This document shows positions 18,807 through 29,662 of a stretch of DNA of 64,000 bases, one piece after another (position 1 is the stretch's first letter; each line of letters starts with the position of its first letter). The position numbers and the translations under genes are program-made. The stretch lies in NCBI GenBank assembly GCA_964435965.1, contig CAYTBB010000001.1, positions 6,715-70,714 on the forward strand. Reading direction: 5' to 3'. The notes below the pieces were generated by a model. It was not told where the DNA came from and ran no database searches. It saw nothing but the letters and a program-made list of their open reading frames with translations. The stretch is from an uncultured Dehalococcoidales bacterium. Lineage in GTDB: Bacteria > Chloroflexota > Dehalococcoidia > GIF9 > AB-539-J10.

Positions 18807-19229
18807 ATGATTGAGAAGGCTTTTGAAATCATTGATCACACTGCTGACGTAGGCATTATTGCTTATGGAGCTGATATTAAGCAGCTCTTTTCCAATGCTG
18901 CTTTAGCCTTGTTTAGCTTGATCACGGAGGTCGGAAGCATTAATGAGAAATTGCAGCGCCACGTAGAGATAATTAGTGAAGACAAAGATAGCTTACTAGT
19001 AGAATGGCTTAATGAGCTTATTTACCTCTTTGATGCTGAGCACGTTTTGTTTAGGAGGTTCGACATCGAAAGTTTGACTAACAACCAGCTTAGAGCTACT
19101 TGCTATGGGGAGGATCTTGATCCTCTAAAACATAAGATAAGGACGGGAGTAAAAGCAGCTACATACCATATGTTAAAAATAAACAAGGATGACCACGGTT
19201 ATGAGGTGCAAATAATCTTTGATGTTTAA
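18807..19229 (+). CDS. archease (RtcB activator)
   Basis: The 140-aa protein starts MIEKAFEIIDHTADVGIIAYGADIKQLF and lies directly upstream of rtcB. Confidence 0.85.
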   Translation: MIEKAFEIIDHTADVGIIAYGADIKQLFSNAALALFSLITEVGSINEKLQRHVEIISEDKDSLLVEWLNELIYLFDAEHVLFRRFDIESLTNNQLRATCYGEDLDPLKHKIRTGVKAATYHMLKINKDDHGYEVQIIFDV

Positions 19230-19240
19230 GGAGTTAAGAC

Positions 19241-20698
19241 ATGTCAAAGTGGCCAGGACAACTTGTTAGGATAGACGATTATCATTGGGAAATTCCTCAG
19301 AGCTACAAAGATGGCATGAGAGTCCCTGGTTTAATCTATGCTAGTAAAGAGATGCTAGAATCCATACGTGAGGAACAAACACCAGAACAAGTCGCCAATG
19401 TTGCCTTCCTTCCCGGCATAGTTAAGTTCTCCTTTGCTATGCCAGATATCCATTGGGGCTATGGTTTCCCTATAGGTGGAGTTGCTGCCATGAGTGTTAA
19501 GGACGGCGTAATTTCCCCTGGCGGAGTGGGTTATGACATAAACTGCGGGGTAAGGTTGTTACGTACCAATCTTAATGAAGCTGAAGTAAGGCCTAAGATC
19601 GACCAGCTCGTTGACCGACTATTCGCTAATGTGCCCTCTGGTTTGGGCTCTGAGGGAAAAATAAAGGTAAGCCGAAAAGAGATGAATGACTTGATGGCTG
19701 GAGGGGCCCGCTGGGCAGTAAAGCATGGCTTTGGCTCCGAGGAAGACTTAGATGCCACTGAAGAAGGTGGATGCCTGAAGGGAGCCGATCCAAGTAAGAT
19801 AAGCGATAAAGCAATAAAACGGGGTATGCCTCAAGCGGGCACATTAGGCTCAGGAAATCATTTCCTCGAGGTTCAGGTAGTGAGGGAGATCTTTGACTCC
19901 GAGGTAGCTAGCGTCATGGGCATTAACGAAATAGGCCAGGTATTGGTTCTTATTCACACCGGCTCTCGAGGCTTTGGTCATCAGGTATGCACTGACCATC
20001 TGAGGGTGATGGAAGGGGCGGTATCAAAGTATGGCATAAAACTTCCTGATCGCCAGCTTGCCTGTGCCCCTATAGAATCAAAGGAAGGTAGAGACTATTT
20101 AGCTGCCATGGCATGCGCTGCCAATTATGCCTGGTGTAACCGACAATGTATTACTCATTGGTTTAGGGAAAGTTTTTCTAAAGTCTTCGCTAAAAGTCCT
20201 GAGGAACTTGGTATGAAGCAGATTTACGATGTGGCGCACAACATCGCTAAGATAGAGGAACATATGGTAAATGGGCAGAAGCTCAAGGTTTGTGTGCATC
20301 GTAAAGGCGCCACCAGGGCTTTTCCACCCAACCATAAGGACATTCCCCAGAAGTACAAGGAGATAGGGCAGCCTGTACTTATCCCAGGAGATATGGGGCG
20401 TTGCTCTTTCATTGCTGTGGGCACCCAGAAGGCTATGGAGGAAAGCTTTGGCTCTACCTGTCATGGTGCTGGCAGAGTGCTATCACGTCACGCCGCTATG
20501 CGAAGCTTAAGAGGCAAGGATGTGGCTCAAGATTTGAAGAGGAGAGGTATCACTGTTAAGACAGGGGACATACCCTCTCTAGCTGAGGAAGCATCTCAGG
20601 CTTACAAGGATGTCACTGGGGTGATAGAGGTCTGCCGCCAAGCCGGTATTTGTAACAAAGTAGCCATGGCCGTTCCCATAGGCGTTATTAAAGGCTAG
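19241..20698 (+). CDS. rtcB: RNA-splicing ligase RtcB
   Basis: The protein is 485 aa with metal- and GTP-binding motifs (GGVGYDINCGVRLL, GSGNHFLEVQ, HTGSRGFG, CHGAGR). Confidence 0.93.
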   Translation: MSKWPGQLVRIDDYHWEIPQSYKDGMRVPGLIYASKEMLESIREEQTPEQVANVAFLPGIVKFSFAMPDIHWGYGFPIGGVAAMSVKDGVISPGGVGYDINCGVRLLRTNLNEAEVRPKIDQLVDRLFANVPSGLGSEGKIKVSRKEMNDLMAGGARWAVKHGFGSEEDLDATEEGGCLKGADPSKISDKAIKRGMPQAGTLGSGNHFLEVQVVREIFDSEVASVMGINEIGQVLVLIHTGSRGFGHQVCTDHLRVMEGAVSKYGIKLPDRQLACAPIESKEGRDYLAAMACAANYAWCNRQCITHWFRESFSKVFAKSPEELGMKQIYDVAHNIAKIEEHMVNGQKLKVCVHRKGATRAFPPNHKDIPQKYKEIGQPVLIPGDMGRCSFIAVGTQKAMEESFGSTCHGAGRVLSRHAAMRSLRGKDVAQDLKRRGITVKTGDIPSLAEEASQAYKDVTGVIEVCRQAGICNKVAMAVPIGVIKG

Positions 20699-20706
20699 AG
20701 CAATAT

Positions 20707-20735
20707 GTCATTGCGAGTGAAGCGAAGCAATCCCC
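20707..20735. repeat. family-1 repeat head GTCATTGCGAGTGAAGCGAAGCAATCCCC (copy F) forming the 5' extension of the next ORF
   Basis: The motif GTCATTGCGAG...GCGAAGCAATC matches the copies at 25311, 41043 and 50834. Confidence 0.5.
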
Positions 20736-20776
20736 AGCTTGTAATAAAGCTTCCACCTCCTCAGCTAAAAGGTAAG

Positions 20777-21340
20777 ATGTCGCTGGAAGAAGCTATAGCT
20801 AGCCGTAGATCAGTTCGAAAATATCGCTCAGAACCATTAACACCTTCTCAGCTATCTCAGCTTCTCTGGTCAGCTCAGGGTATTACCGGGGCCGGGGGAC
20901 TTAGAGCAGCCCCCAGCGCTGGGGCTACATATCCTCTGGAAATTTTTGTTTTCATTGGCAAACAAGCCATAGAAGGGCTACAAGCTGGCATTTACCACTA
21001 TGATGTAGTTAGTCATTCACTGGTTTTACATCAACCGGGAGACTTGAGGAAAGAGCTAGCTAGGGCAGCTCTTGACGAGGGATTCATTGCCAATGCCCCG
21101 CTGGATATCGTTATCTGTGCCCTTTATCCCAGGACTTCCTACAGATATGGCCGGCGTGGAGAGAGATATGTTCACATGGAAATGGGACATGTCGGGGAAA
21201 ACATCCACCTTCAAGCTGTAGCTCTGGGCTTGGCCACAGTGGAAGTCGGTGCTTTTGATGACGAGGGGGTAAGAGAAGTCCTAGGAGTGGAAGAACAGAT
21301 TAAGCCTTTGTACATCATGCCCATTGGCAAGCCACTGTAA
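20777..21340 (+). CDS. nitroreductase-family protein (SagB-type dehydrogenase domain); possible extended start at 20705
   Basis: MSLEEAIASRRSVRKY is a typical nitroreductase N-terminus. The ORF-track start at 20705 would add 24 residues translated from the repeat element. Confidence 0.75.
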   Translation: MSLEEAIASRRSVRKYRSEPLTPSQLSQLLWSAQGITGAGGLRAAPSAGATYPLEIFVFIGKQAIEGLQAGIYHYDVVSHSLVLHQPGDLRKELARAALDEGFIANAPLDIVICALYPRTSYRYGRRGERYVHMEMGHVGENIHLQAVALGLATVEVGAFDDEGVREVLGVEEQIKPLYIMPIGKPL

Positions 21341-21456
21341 GGGCTAAAATCGCTGGTTTTACATTAAGTTTTGCCGCGTAGCAGTGTGATCACCTGTGCC
21401 ACTGCTGCTAGCTGGTGCCTTGCAGGCAGCTCTCGCGTCATATTTAGTGATACCTT

Positions 21457-23046
21457 CTATTTTATCTGGGCTTGCTTTATCAGCCAATACTCGATGCTGT
21501 CTGCCAAAGCTAGCCAGCTGGCTTCAATGATATTAGTTGAACTGCCTACTGTTCTCCAATGTTCCTGGCTATCGCTGGATTCAAGGAGCACTCGTACTTG
21601 AGAGGCAGTGCCAGCGGTTTCCTCGAGTATGCGCACCTTGTAATCGGTGAGCTCCACAGCAGTCAGGTCGGGGTAAAATTGGATCAAAGCTTTGCGCAAA
21701 GCCTGGTCAAGTGCATTGACCGGTCCATTACCTTCAGCGGCAGTGTGTACTATCCTGTCAGCTACCTTCACTTTAATAGTTGCTTCTGATAATGGCTCTT
21801 CCCGCCTTCCGCTACTAGGAGGGCGGCGGCGTTTCTCCACTACTACCATGAAATCAACTAGCTCGAAAGGTGGGCGATAATTTGGTTGGGCACGGTAGAG
21901 TAAAAGGTCAAACGATGCCTCAGCACTATCATATTGAAAACCTTGCCTTTCTAATGACTTAATTTGTTTTAGCACCTTTTCGATCTCTCCACCTTTGGGA
22001 GTGGGTAGTTTACGCTCCTTAGCTTTGTAAATAATATTCCCTTTCCCCGCTAGCTCAGAGATAACAACATGAGGGCGATTACCTACCAATTCAGGATTTA
22101 TATGCTGGTAGCTATCTGCCCATTTTGTTAAAGCGGAAACGTGGACTCCACCTTTGTGAGTAAAGGCATTGGCACCTACGTAAGGAAGCCGAGCGTAATG
22201 AGGCAAGTTAGCTAGCTCAGATATATAGCGGGAGAGATTGCGTAATTTGCTTAGCTGCTCCTGGGTGACGCAATCAATGCCCATCTTAAGTTTCAGAGTG
22301 GGAATGAGAGAACAAAGATTGGCGTTGCCACAGCGTTCACCATAGCCGTTAATAGTTCCTTGGATTTGTGTGGCCCCTGCCTCAATGGCAGCTAAAGAGT
22401 TAGCTACAGCAAGTTCAGCATCATTGTGGGCATGAATGCCTAGGGGGACAGGAGTCACTTTTTGCACCACTTTAATAGCCTCTGCTATTTGCTGAGGTAA
22501 AGTGCCACCATTGGTATCGCAAAGAACTACACACTCAGCACCAGCTTTAGCGGCAGCAGTTATTACGGCAAGGCTATATTCAAGGTTTGTTTTATAGCCA
22601 TCGAAAAAATGCTCGGCATCGAAGAAAACCCTTAGCCCTTTTGAATTAAGGTAAATTATGGAGTCTGTGATCATACTGAGGTTTTCTTCCAATGTGGTTT
22701 CCAGAACTTGGATTACTTGCTTATCCCAAGCTTTTCCTACAATGGTGACCGCCTTGGTTTTAGCCTCTAATAGAGCCCGGAGGTTGACATCTTCATCTGC
22801 CTTACAATGGGAACGCCTGGTGCTGCCAAAGGCAACTAAAGTTGAATGACCTAGGCTCAATTTTTGTGCCTTGGCAAAGAATTCAGTATCTTTGGGGTTA
22901 GAGCCAGGCCAACCACCTTCGATGAAATCGATGCCAAGCTCGTCTAATTTCTGGGCAATCTTCAACTTATCCTCAACAGAAAAGGAAATCCCTTCCTGCT
23001 GAGCACCGTCTCTTAAAGTTGTGTCATAAAGCTGGATTTGCGTCAC
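21457..23046 (-). CDS. cimA: (R)-citramalate synthase / 2-isopropylmalate synthase family, with C-terminal LeuA-dimer regulatory domain
   Basis: The 529-aa protein starts [47 protein letters not shown] and has a HMGL-like TIM barrel plus a C-terminal allosteric domain. It sits in the ilv/leu cluster beside leuA. Confidence 0.75.
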   Translation of the reverse strand: MTQIQLYDTTLRDGAQQEGISFSVEDKLKIAQKLDELGIDFIEGGWPGSNPKDTEFFAKAQKLSLGHSTLVAFGSTRRSHCKADEDVNLRALLEAKTKAVTIVGKAWDKQVIQVLETTLEENLSMITDSIIYLNSKGLRVFFDAEHFFDGYKTNLEYSLAVITAAAKAGAECVVLCDTNGGTLPQQIAEAIKVVQKVTPVPLGIHAHNDAELAVANSLAAIEAGATQIQGTINGYGERCGNANLCSLIPTLKLKMGIDCVTQEQLSKLRNLSRYISELANLPHYARLPYVGANAFTHKGGVHVSALTKWADSYQHINPELVGNRPHVVISELAGKGNIIYKAKERKLPTPKGGEIEKVLKQIKSLERQGFQYDSAEASFDLLLYRAQPNYRPPFELVDFMVVVEKRRRPPSSGRREEPLSEATIKVKVADRIVHTAAEGNGPVNALDQALRKALIQFYPDLTAVELTDYKVRILEETAGTASQVRVLLESSDSQEHWRTVGSSTNIIEASWLALADSIEYWLIKQAQIK

Positions 23047-24128
23047 TTTATCCTCTGGGCAATTAAATCTCCCATTTCCTTTGTCCCCACTCTAGTTTTT
23101 CCTTCGCTCATTATATCGTAAGTTCGGTAGCCCTGCTCTAAGGTAGCCAAAACAGCATTTTCTATCGCCTGGGCTTCGGTTTCCAACTCAAAGGAATAGC
23201 GAAACATCATAGCTACACTTGAAATGGTAGCAATAGGGTTAGCTAGATTTTGTCCTGCTCGACTTGGAGCGCTGCCATGGATTGGCTCATACATACCAAA
23301 GGTCTTCCCTTTAGGAATTCCAGCTAAACTAGCTGAAGATAGCATGCCCATGGAGCCAGCAAGCATTGAAGCCTCGTCAGTGAGAATATCTCCGAATGTG
23401 TTTTCGGTGACCAAAACATCTAAATCGGCAGGACGTCGGATAAGTCGCATGGCACAGGCATCAACTAACATATGTTGAAGCTCGACATCAGGATAATCAG
23501 CAGAAATTTCTATGGCAATCTGCCGCCACAATCTCGATGACTGAAGAACATTGGCTTTATCAACGGAGATTAGCTTTTTGGTTCGGGCGCGAGCTAATTC
23601 GAAACCAACCCTCAAGATACGCTCAATCTCTGCTTCAGAATAAGCCATGGTATCAACAGCCTGCCTTCCCTCCGAAGTTCGCCATTGTTTCTTGGGTTGG
23701 CCAAAGTAAAGTCCGCCGGTGAGCTCTCTAACAAAAAGTAAATCAACTCCTTCAACTATCTCTGGCTTGAGGGATGTAGAATTAACCAGCATAGGTAGAA
23801 CCTTTACCGGACGCAAATTGGCAAATAGACCTAACTCCTTTCTTAGAGCTAAAAGCCCGTCTTCGGGGTGGACTTTAGCTTGAGGGTCATCCCACTTCGG
23901 TCCGCCAACTGCCCCCAATAGTACAGCATCACATTGTTTGCACATATCTAACGTTTCCTGGCTAAGAGCTACACCTGAGACATCTATGGCGCAGCCACCT
24001 ACCAAACCTTGGTGTAAAAAGAATTTGTGCCCGAACCTCTCAGCTACAGCCTGTAAGACTTTCGTTGCCTCAGCTATGACCTCAGGGCCAACGCCATCGC
24101 CAGGTAAAACCGCTACATCAAATCCCAC
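23043..24128 (-). CDS. leuB: 3-isopropylmalate dehydrogenase
   Basis: The 361-aa protein starts [17 protein letters not shown] and contains an NLFGDILSDEAS-type motif ([22 protein letters not shown]). Confidence 0.93.
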   Translation of the reverse strand: MGFDVAVLPGDGVGPEVIAEATKVLQAVAERFGHKFFLHQGLVGGCAIDVSGVALSQETLDMCKQCDAVLLGAVGGPKWDDPQAKVHPEDGLLALRKELGLFANLRPVKVLPMLVNSTSLKPEIVEGVDLLFVRELTGGLYFGQPKKQWRTSEGRQAVDTMAYSEAEIERILRVGFELARARTKKLISVDKANVLQSSRLWRQIAIEISADYPDVELQHMLVDACAMRLIRRPADLDVLVTENTFGDILTDEASMLAGSMGMLSSASLAGIPKGKTFGMYEPIHGSAPSRAGQNLANPIATISSVAMMFRYSFELETEAQAIENAVLATLEQGYRTYDIMSEGKTRVGTKEMGDLIAQRIK

Positions 24129-24130
24129 GT

Positions 24131-24622
24131 CTATCCCCTCTGTAATCTGCTTCTAGTATATTCGATTAGTCCACCGGAGGCTATAATCCCCATCATAAAT
24201 TCAGGGTAAGGGTTAGCTATAAATGTCTTATGCTTCGAAATGTTCTTAATTTTCCCGCTAGACAAATCTACTTCTAGTATATCGCCAGTCTCTGTTTCAT
24301 CTACTGCCTCAGTACACTCCAGAAGAGGCAAGCCAATATTGACAGCATTACGGAAGAAGATGCGGGCAAAACTTTGAGCAATAACGCAGGATATGCCGCA
24401 AGCCTTTATAGCTAAAGGAGCGTGCTCCCTTGAAGAACCACAACCAAAGTTAGTAGTGGCAACTATAATATCTCCAGGCTCGACTTTAGTGGTAAATTCA
24501 GGGTCAATCCCCTCCATGCAATGCTTCGCTAGTTCCTCAGGTTCAAATACATTGAGATAGCGCGCTGGAATGATAACATCGGTATCAACGTTAGCGCCGA
24601 ATTTATGAGCTTTACCTTTCAA
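24131..24622 (-). CDS. leuD: 3-isopropylmalate dehydratase small subunit (archaeal type)
   Basis: The protein is 163 aa with the [15 protein letters not shown]...[12 protein letters not shown] aconitase swivel domain. Confidence 0.9.
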   Translation of the reverse strand: MKGKAHKFGANVDTDVIIPARYLNVFEPEELAKHCMEGIDPEFTTKVEPGDIIVATTNFGCGSSREHAPLAIKACGISCVIAQSFARIFFRNAVNIGLPLLECTEAVDETETGDILEVDLSSGKIKNISKHKTFIANPYPEFMMGIIASGGLIEYTRSRLQRG

Positions 24623-24783
24623 CTGCTTAACCTCCTAAATGCCTTTATCCATTTCCTCTGCGTTTCAGCAACCTTAGCCTCATCTTCCGCAAGCTCTTTT
24701 AAAGCTGCTTTTGTTAACTGTAATAGACAGGGAATGCCTCATATCGAGGAACTTATTACCTCTAAAACCCCAAGGATTTTGTT

Positions 24784-26091
24784 TTAACTCTTGAGCCCAG
24801 TTACAACCTCCTCTGGACTAGTAATTCTGCCTAGAATAGCGCTAGCGGCAGCTACTACAGGACTTGCCAAATAGACCTCGGACTGAGGGCTTCCCATTCT
24901 GCCAACAAAATTTCGGTTGGTGGTAGATAAACAGCGCTCACCAGCGGCTAAAACCCCCATGTGTCCACCAAGACAAGGCCCACAAGTAGGAGTGCTTACT
25001 ACAGCCCCAGCTTCTATAAAAGTTTCTATTAGCCCCTCTCTCAAAGCATCAAGATAAACCTTCTGCGAGCCTGGAATAATGATACATCTAATTTCTGGAT
25101 GTATTTGCCTTCCTTTGAGGAGTTTAGCCGCTACTCTCAAATCACCAAGGCGACCATTGGTGCAACCGCCGATAACCACCTGATCTAGTTTTATGTTACC
25201 CACCTGGCTTACAGGTTTAGTATTGGAGGGAAGATGAGGGAAAGCCACCTGAGGCTCAATTTTGGACACCTCATATTCTCTGATTTTGGCATATTCAGCA
25301 TCTTTACATTGAGATTGCTTCGTCGCTGACGCTCCTCGCAATGACGTAGGGGATGGCTCGCAATGACGGAGGGACACGTGCGCTTTAATATATTCCTCGG
25401 CCTTAGCATCTACACAAAAAATGCCAGCCTTAGCTCCAGCTTCGATGGCCATATTTGCCATAGTAAAGCGCCCATCCATTGATAGCTCATCAACTGCTTC
25501 ACCCCTAAACTCCATAACCGAGTAAAGCGCTCCATCTACACCAATATCTCCGATGGTGTAAAGAATAATATCCTTGCCACTAACCCATTTGGGCAGCTTC
25601 CCATGGTAAATAAACTTAATCGTTTGTGGCACCTTCATCCATATTTCGCCGGTAGCCATAGCCACAGCAATGTCAGTTGAACCCATGCCTGTGGCAAAAG
25701 CTCCCAGGGCACCATAAGTACAAGTATGGGAATCAGCGCCAACAATGACTTGCCCAGACAAGACCAAGCCTTGCTCAGGCAAGAGCACATGCTCAATCCC
25801 CATTCGCCCTACCTCAAAGTAAATCAGTCCCTGTTCCTTAGCGAACTCACGCATCAGCTTTGCTTGTCCAGCAGATGCTATATCTTTATTGGGGCAAAAA
25901 TGATCGGGAACCATGACTACCTTTGCAGGGTCAAACACCTTTGATATTCCAAGCCGTTGAAACTCTTTTATGGCTAAGGGGGCAGTTATATCATTGGCTA
26001 AAACTAAATCAACTCTGACATTTATAAACTCGCCAGGCTTAACTTCCTTCTTGCCACTATGAGCTGCTAAGATCTTCTCAGCTAAAGTCAA
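24784..26091 (-). CDS. leuC: 3-isopropylmalate dehydratase large subunit (archaeal type) carrying an in-frame repeat-derived insertion
   Basis: The 435-aa protein has an aconitase-family catalytic domain with Cys ligands (GGCTNG, TCGPCLG). The segment [25 protein letters not shown] is translated from repeat copy G. Confidence 0.9.
   Translation of the reverse strand: MTLAEKILAAHSGKKEVKPGEFINVRVDLVLANDITAPLAIKEFQRLGISKVFDPAKVVMVPDHFCPNKDIASAGQAKLMREFAKEQGLIYFEVGRMGIEHVLLPEQGLVLSGQVIVGADSHTCTYGALGAFATGMGSTDIAVAMATGEIWMKVPQTIKFIYHGKLPKWVSGKDIILYTIGDIGVDGALYSVMEFRGEAVDELSMDGRFTMANMAIEAGAKAGIFCVDAKAEEYIKAHVSLRHCEPSPTSLRGASATKQSQCKDAEYAKIREYEVSKIEPQVAFPHLPSNTKPVSQVGNIKLDQVVIGGCTNGRLGDLRVAAKLLKGRQIHPEIRCIIIPGSQKVYLDALREGLIETFIEAGAVVSTPTCGPCLGGHMGVLAAGERCLSTTNRNFVGRMGSPQSEVYLASPVVAAASAILGRITSPEEVVTGLKS
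25311..25368. repeat. family-1 repeat (copy G): two tandem GTCATTGCGAG heads plus a GCGACGAAGCAATCTC tail, inside leuC
   Basis: The plus strand reads GAGATTGCTTCGTCGCTGACGCTCCTCGCAATGACGTAGGGGATGGCTCGCAATGACGG, which matches copy H almost base for base. Confidence 0.6.
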
Positions 26092-26103
26092 ATTTTTCCA
26101 CTC

Positions 26104-26508
26104 CTAGCCATGAACCTTGGGAATCATTAAAACACCCGCAGTGATGAGAGCCGCAATGATGGAAATCAAGTATAGACCAGCGCCAGCAGCTAAACCTATG
26201 GCAGCGCTCACCCAGACGCTTGCTGCAGTGGTTAGTCCGGCTACACCCTCTCCACGCATGCCACGAAAGATAACGCCAGCACCAATGAACCCGACTCCAG
26301 CTACTACACCAGCGGCAACTCGTGAAGGATCCACTGCACCACTGAAGCCAAAAATGGAAGCTACGGTGAAAAGGGCTGCCCCCAGGGCAATCAAAATGTG
26401 AGTGCGCAGCCCTGCTGTTTTACTAGCTCGCTCACGTTGATAACCAATGCCTGCTCCTAGAGCAGCAGCTAAAAACAGGCGCAATATCATTTCCAGCCAT
26501 GGGCTCAA
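26104..26508 (-). CDS. MgtC/SapB-family membrane protein
   Basis: The 134-aa protein has 4 TM helices and the MgtC N-domain pattern GAGIGYQRERASKTAGLRTH. It is embedded between leuA and leuC. Confidence 0.7.
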   Translation of the reverse strand: MSPWLEMILRLFLAAALGAGIGYQRERASKTAGLRTHILIALGAALFTVASIFGFSGAVDPSRVAAGVVAGVGFIGAGVIFRGMRGEGVAGLTTAASVWVSAAIGLAAGAGLYLISIIAALITAGVLMIPKVHG

Positions 26509-28038
26509 CTAAGGTTTTCCTTTCTCAGCCGATTTCTTAGCTAAAAGTCGGTTCAGGGCATTCATATACGCCTTGGCACTGGCCACGATGATATCAGTAG
26601 AGGCACCCCGGCCAGTATAAGTGATGCCGTCGCTCTCAATTCTTATTAATACCTCTCCAATAGCATCAATGCCTTCGGTAATCGATTTGATAGTAAATTC
26701 TGTAAGCTTGTTAGGTATGCCCACTATACGGTTAATAGCTTTGTAGACAGCGTCCACTGGTCCTGTGCCTAAGGCGGCATCAGCTAGGCTGTGTCCGTCA
26801 GGTCCAATGAGCCTCACTGTAGCTGTAGGAAGGCTATGGTCACCACAAGAAACCTCGACATGGTCGAGGTGGTATACTTCGGTGGCAGCGCGAAGTTCTT
26901 CAGCTACCAAGGATTCGATATCACGATCAGTAATCTCTTTTTTCTTATCAGCTAGCCCTTTGAAGCTCTGAAATGCGCGGCTCAGAGCCTCTTCACTTAG
27001 AGTGTGGCCAAGTTCTATTAACCTCTCCTTGAAAGCATGTTTACCACTCAATTTACTTAATACCAGGCTGCTTGCCGGTATACCAACCGACTTTGGATTC
27101 ATAATTTCATAAGTTATGGCTTTCTTTATTAAACCATCCTGATGGATACCTGATTGATGGCGAAAGGCATTCGCCCCAACAATGGCTTTATTGAGTTGAA
27201 TAGCGAAGCCAGTAAGTTCACTCACAAGACGACTCGTCCTGTAAATCTGGGTAGTGTCAACATTGGTGGTGAGATTAAAGGAATCCTGCCGAGTCTTTAG
27301 CGCCATTACGATCTCTTCCAGAGAGGCGTTACCAGCACGCTCTCCAATGCCATTGATAGTGCATTCAACCTGCCGCGCGCCATTGCGTATTGCCTCAAGG
27401 CTGTTGGCTACCGCTAATCCTAAATCATTATGGCAATGAATGCTTATTACGGCTTTATGGATATTGGGCACCTCAACTAGAATGCCTTGGATCAAGCTGC
27501 CAAATTCCTGTGGTGTAGCATAGCCTACAGTATCAGGTATGTTTACTGTGGTTGCCCCAGCATCAATCGCAGCTTCTAAGATATGATAGAGGTAAGCAGG
27601 CTCAGTGCGACTAGCATCCATAGGTGAGAACTCAACATCGTCAACATAACTCTTAGCTCGAGCCACCATTTTCTGAGCCAGCTCCAGAATTTCCTCTCGG
27701 CTTTTATTAAGCTGGTAGAGAAGGTGGATATCCGAGGCGGAGAGGAAAACATGGATTCGAGGATGAGCTGCCTCCTTAATTGCCTGCCAAGCTCTATCCA
27801 CAGCCACAGCATTGGCATGGGATAAAGCACAAATTATGGGACGCCGAACTTCTCTGCTGATAAGTTGAACAGCTTCAAAATCGCCAGGCGAGCTAATAGG
27901 AAAACCAGCTTCAATAACATCAACGCCAAGCCTATCCAATTGCTTAGCTATTTCTAGCTTTTCCTGAGCATTTAGACTCGCTCCTGCCGCTTGTTCCCCA
28001 TCTCGCAAAGTGGTGTCAAAGATAATTACCCTGTCCAC
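26509..28038 (-). CDS. leuA: 2-isopropylmalate synthase
   Basis: The 509-aa protein starts [47 protein letters not shown] and has a C-terminal regulatory domain. Confidence 0.9.
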   Translation of the reverse strand: MDRVIIFDTTLRDGEQAAGASLNAQEKLEIAKQLDRLGVDVIEAGFPISSPGDFEAVQLISREVRRPIICALSHANAVAVDRAWQAIKEAAHPRIHVFLSASDIHLLYQLNKSREEILELAQKMVARAKSYVDDVEFSPMDASRTEPAYLYHILEAAIDAGATTVNIPDTVGYATPQEFGSLIQGILVEVPNIHKAVISIHCHNDLGLAVANSLEAIRNGARQVECTINGIGERAGNASLEEIVMALKTRQDSFNLTTNVDTTQIYRTSRLVSELTGFAIQLNKAIVGANAFRHQSGIHQDGLIKKAITYEIMNPKSVGIPASSLVLSKLSGKHAFKERLIELGHTLSEEALSRAFQSFKGLADKKKEITDRDIESLVAEELRAATEVYHLDHVEVSCGDHSLPTATVRLIGPDGHSLADAALGTGPVDAVYKAINRIVGIPNKLTEFTIKSITEGIDAIGEVLIRIESDGITYTGRGASTDIIVASAKAYMNALNRLLAKKSAEKGKP

Positions 28039-28072
28039 TTAATCCTCCTTAGTAGCCGACTCAAGGAGTTCT

Positions 28073-29074
28073 CTAGCTACTAGCTCCTTTCAGCCAGGGC
28101 ATCATCGCTCTCAGCTCCTTGCCCACAACTTCAATTGGGTGTTCAGCGTCCCTCCGTTTCATGGCATTGAAACTGGGACGCCCAGCTTGGTTTTCCAAAA
28201 TCCACTCTCTGGCAAAGCTGCCATCTTGAATCTCTGCTAGAATTTGTTCCATTTCCTCTTTGACCAAATCGTTGATAACCCGTGGCCCACGAGTATAATC
28301 GCCATACTCAGCCGTATCGCTTACAGAGTACCTCATGTAATTCAAGCCACCTTGATACATAAGATCAACAATAAGCTTCAGCTCATGGAAACACTCAAAG
28401 TAAGCGATCTCAGGCTGGTAGCCAGCCTCTACCAAAGTCTCGAAACCAGCCTTGACTAAGGATGATACCCCTCCACAGAGTACTGTTTGCTCGCCAAAAA
28501 GGTCAGTTTCGGTCTCTTCGGCAAAAGTTGTTTCCAGAACTCCAGCTCTAGTGCAGCCAATGCCCTTAGCATAAGCTAAAGCAATATCCTGTGCTTTACC
28601 CGAGGTATCTTGGTGAATAGCAACCAAAGCTGGAGATCCTGAAGCTTCGGTATAAAGTCTGCGTAATATATGTCCCGGACATTTCGGGGCTATCATGCTA
28701 ACATCGACATCAGGAGGCGGTACAATTTGTGAATAGTGAATGTTAAAGCCGTGAGCAAACATCAAGGTTTTGCCTTTAGATAGTTCCTTCTCGATTGACT
28801 CACGGTAGATTAGTGGATGTAAATTATCTGGAGCAAGCATAACAATGATATCGGCATGCTTTGTTACTTCAGTGGCGTTGGTTACCTTAAAACCAGCGCT
28901 TTCTGCTGCCTTCCAGCCTGCGCTATCTAAGGCTTCAGCAACAATAACTTGGCAGCCACTATCCCTCAGATTCTGAGCATGGGCATGCCCCTGGCTACCG
29001 TAGCCGACAATGCCAATCGTTTTCCCTTTGATTAAGTCCAGGCTGGAATCCTCGTCATAGTAAATTTTAGCCAT
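28073..29074 (-). CDS. ilvC: ketol-acid reductoisomerase
   Basis: The 333-aa protein starts [40 protein letters not shown]. Confidence 0.93.
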   Translation of the reverse strand: MAKIYYDEDSSLDLIKGKTIGIVGYGSQGHAHAQNLRDSGCQVIVAEALDSAGWKAAESAGFKVTNATEVTKHADIIVMLAPDNLHPLIYRESIEKELSKGKTLMFAHGFNIHYSQIVPPPDVDVSMIAPKCPGHILRRLYTEASGSPALVAIHQDTSGKAQDIALAYAKGIGCTRAGVLETTFAEETETDLFGEQTVLCGGVSSLVKAGFETLVEAGYQPEIAYFECFHELKLIVDLMYQGGLNYMRYSVSDTAEYGDYTRGPRVINDLVKEEMEQILAEIQDGSFAREWILENQAGRPSFNAMKRRDAEHPIEVVGKELRAMMPWLKGASS

Positions 29075-29169
29075 ATCTCCCTCCTTAAAATTCTAATATT
29101 TAGACTCTAAACAAATTCAAAATCCAAATTCCTTAATGTTTAGGATTTAGGATTTGGTGCTTCGGATTT

Positions 29170-29661
29170 TCACTGGGTGCCTCCACGAGTTAAAGCAATC
29201 CTTCCCGTTCTGGTGACCTCTTTAATGCCAAAGCTGCGGAGAAGTTCAAATAGCGACTTTACTTTATCCTCGTCTCCAGTGACTTCTACTGTTAGTGAAT
29301 CCGAGGCAACATCAACTATATTGGCTCTAAAAATATCCACGATCTGTATAATTTCGCTTCTTGTTGAAGCAGTAGCATTGACTTTGATTAAGGCTAACTC
29401 CCTGGCTACTATATCTCCTTCGGTTATGTCAGTCACTCTAATCACATTGATTAGTTTGTCTAATTGCTTCCTAACTTGTTCCACCTTTGCCGAGTCGCCA
29501 TTAACAACAACAGTCATGCGAGATAAGCCAGGCTGTTCACTTTGTCCCACAGCAAGGCTTTGTATGTTAAAGACTCGGCGGCGAAAAAGGCTGGCTACCC
29601 TGTTCAACACGCCAGGTTTATCTTCTACTAAAGCTACTAAAGTATGTTTCGTATCAGACAA
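29170..29661 (-). CDS. ilvN: acetolactate synthase small (regulatory) subunit
   Basis: The protein is 163 aa with an ACT domain (HTLVALVEDKPGVLNRVASLFRRRVFNIQSLAVG). Confidence 0.9.
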   Translation of the reverse strand: MSDTKHTLVALVEDKPGVLNRVASLFRRRVFNIQSLAVGQSEQPGLSRMTVVVNGDSAKVEQVRKQLDKLINVIRVTDITEGDIVARELALIKVNATASTRSEIIQIVDIFRANIVDVASDSLTVEVTGDEDKVKSLFELLRSFGIKEVTRTGRIALTRGGTQ

Positions 29662-29662
29662 T

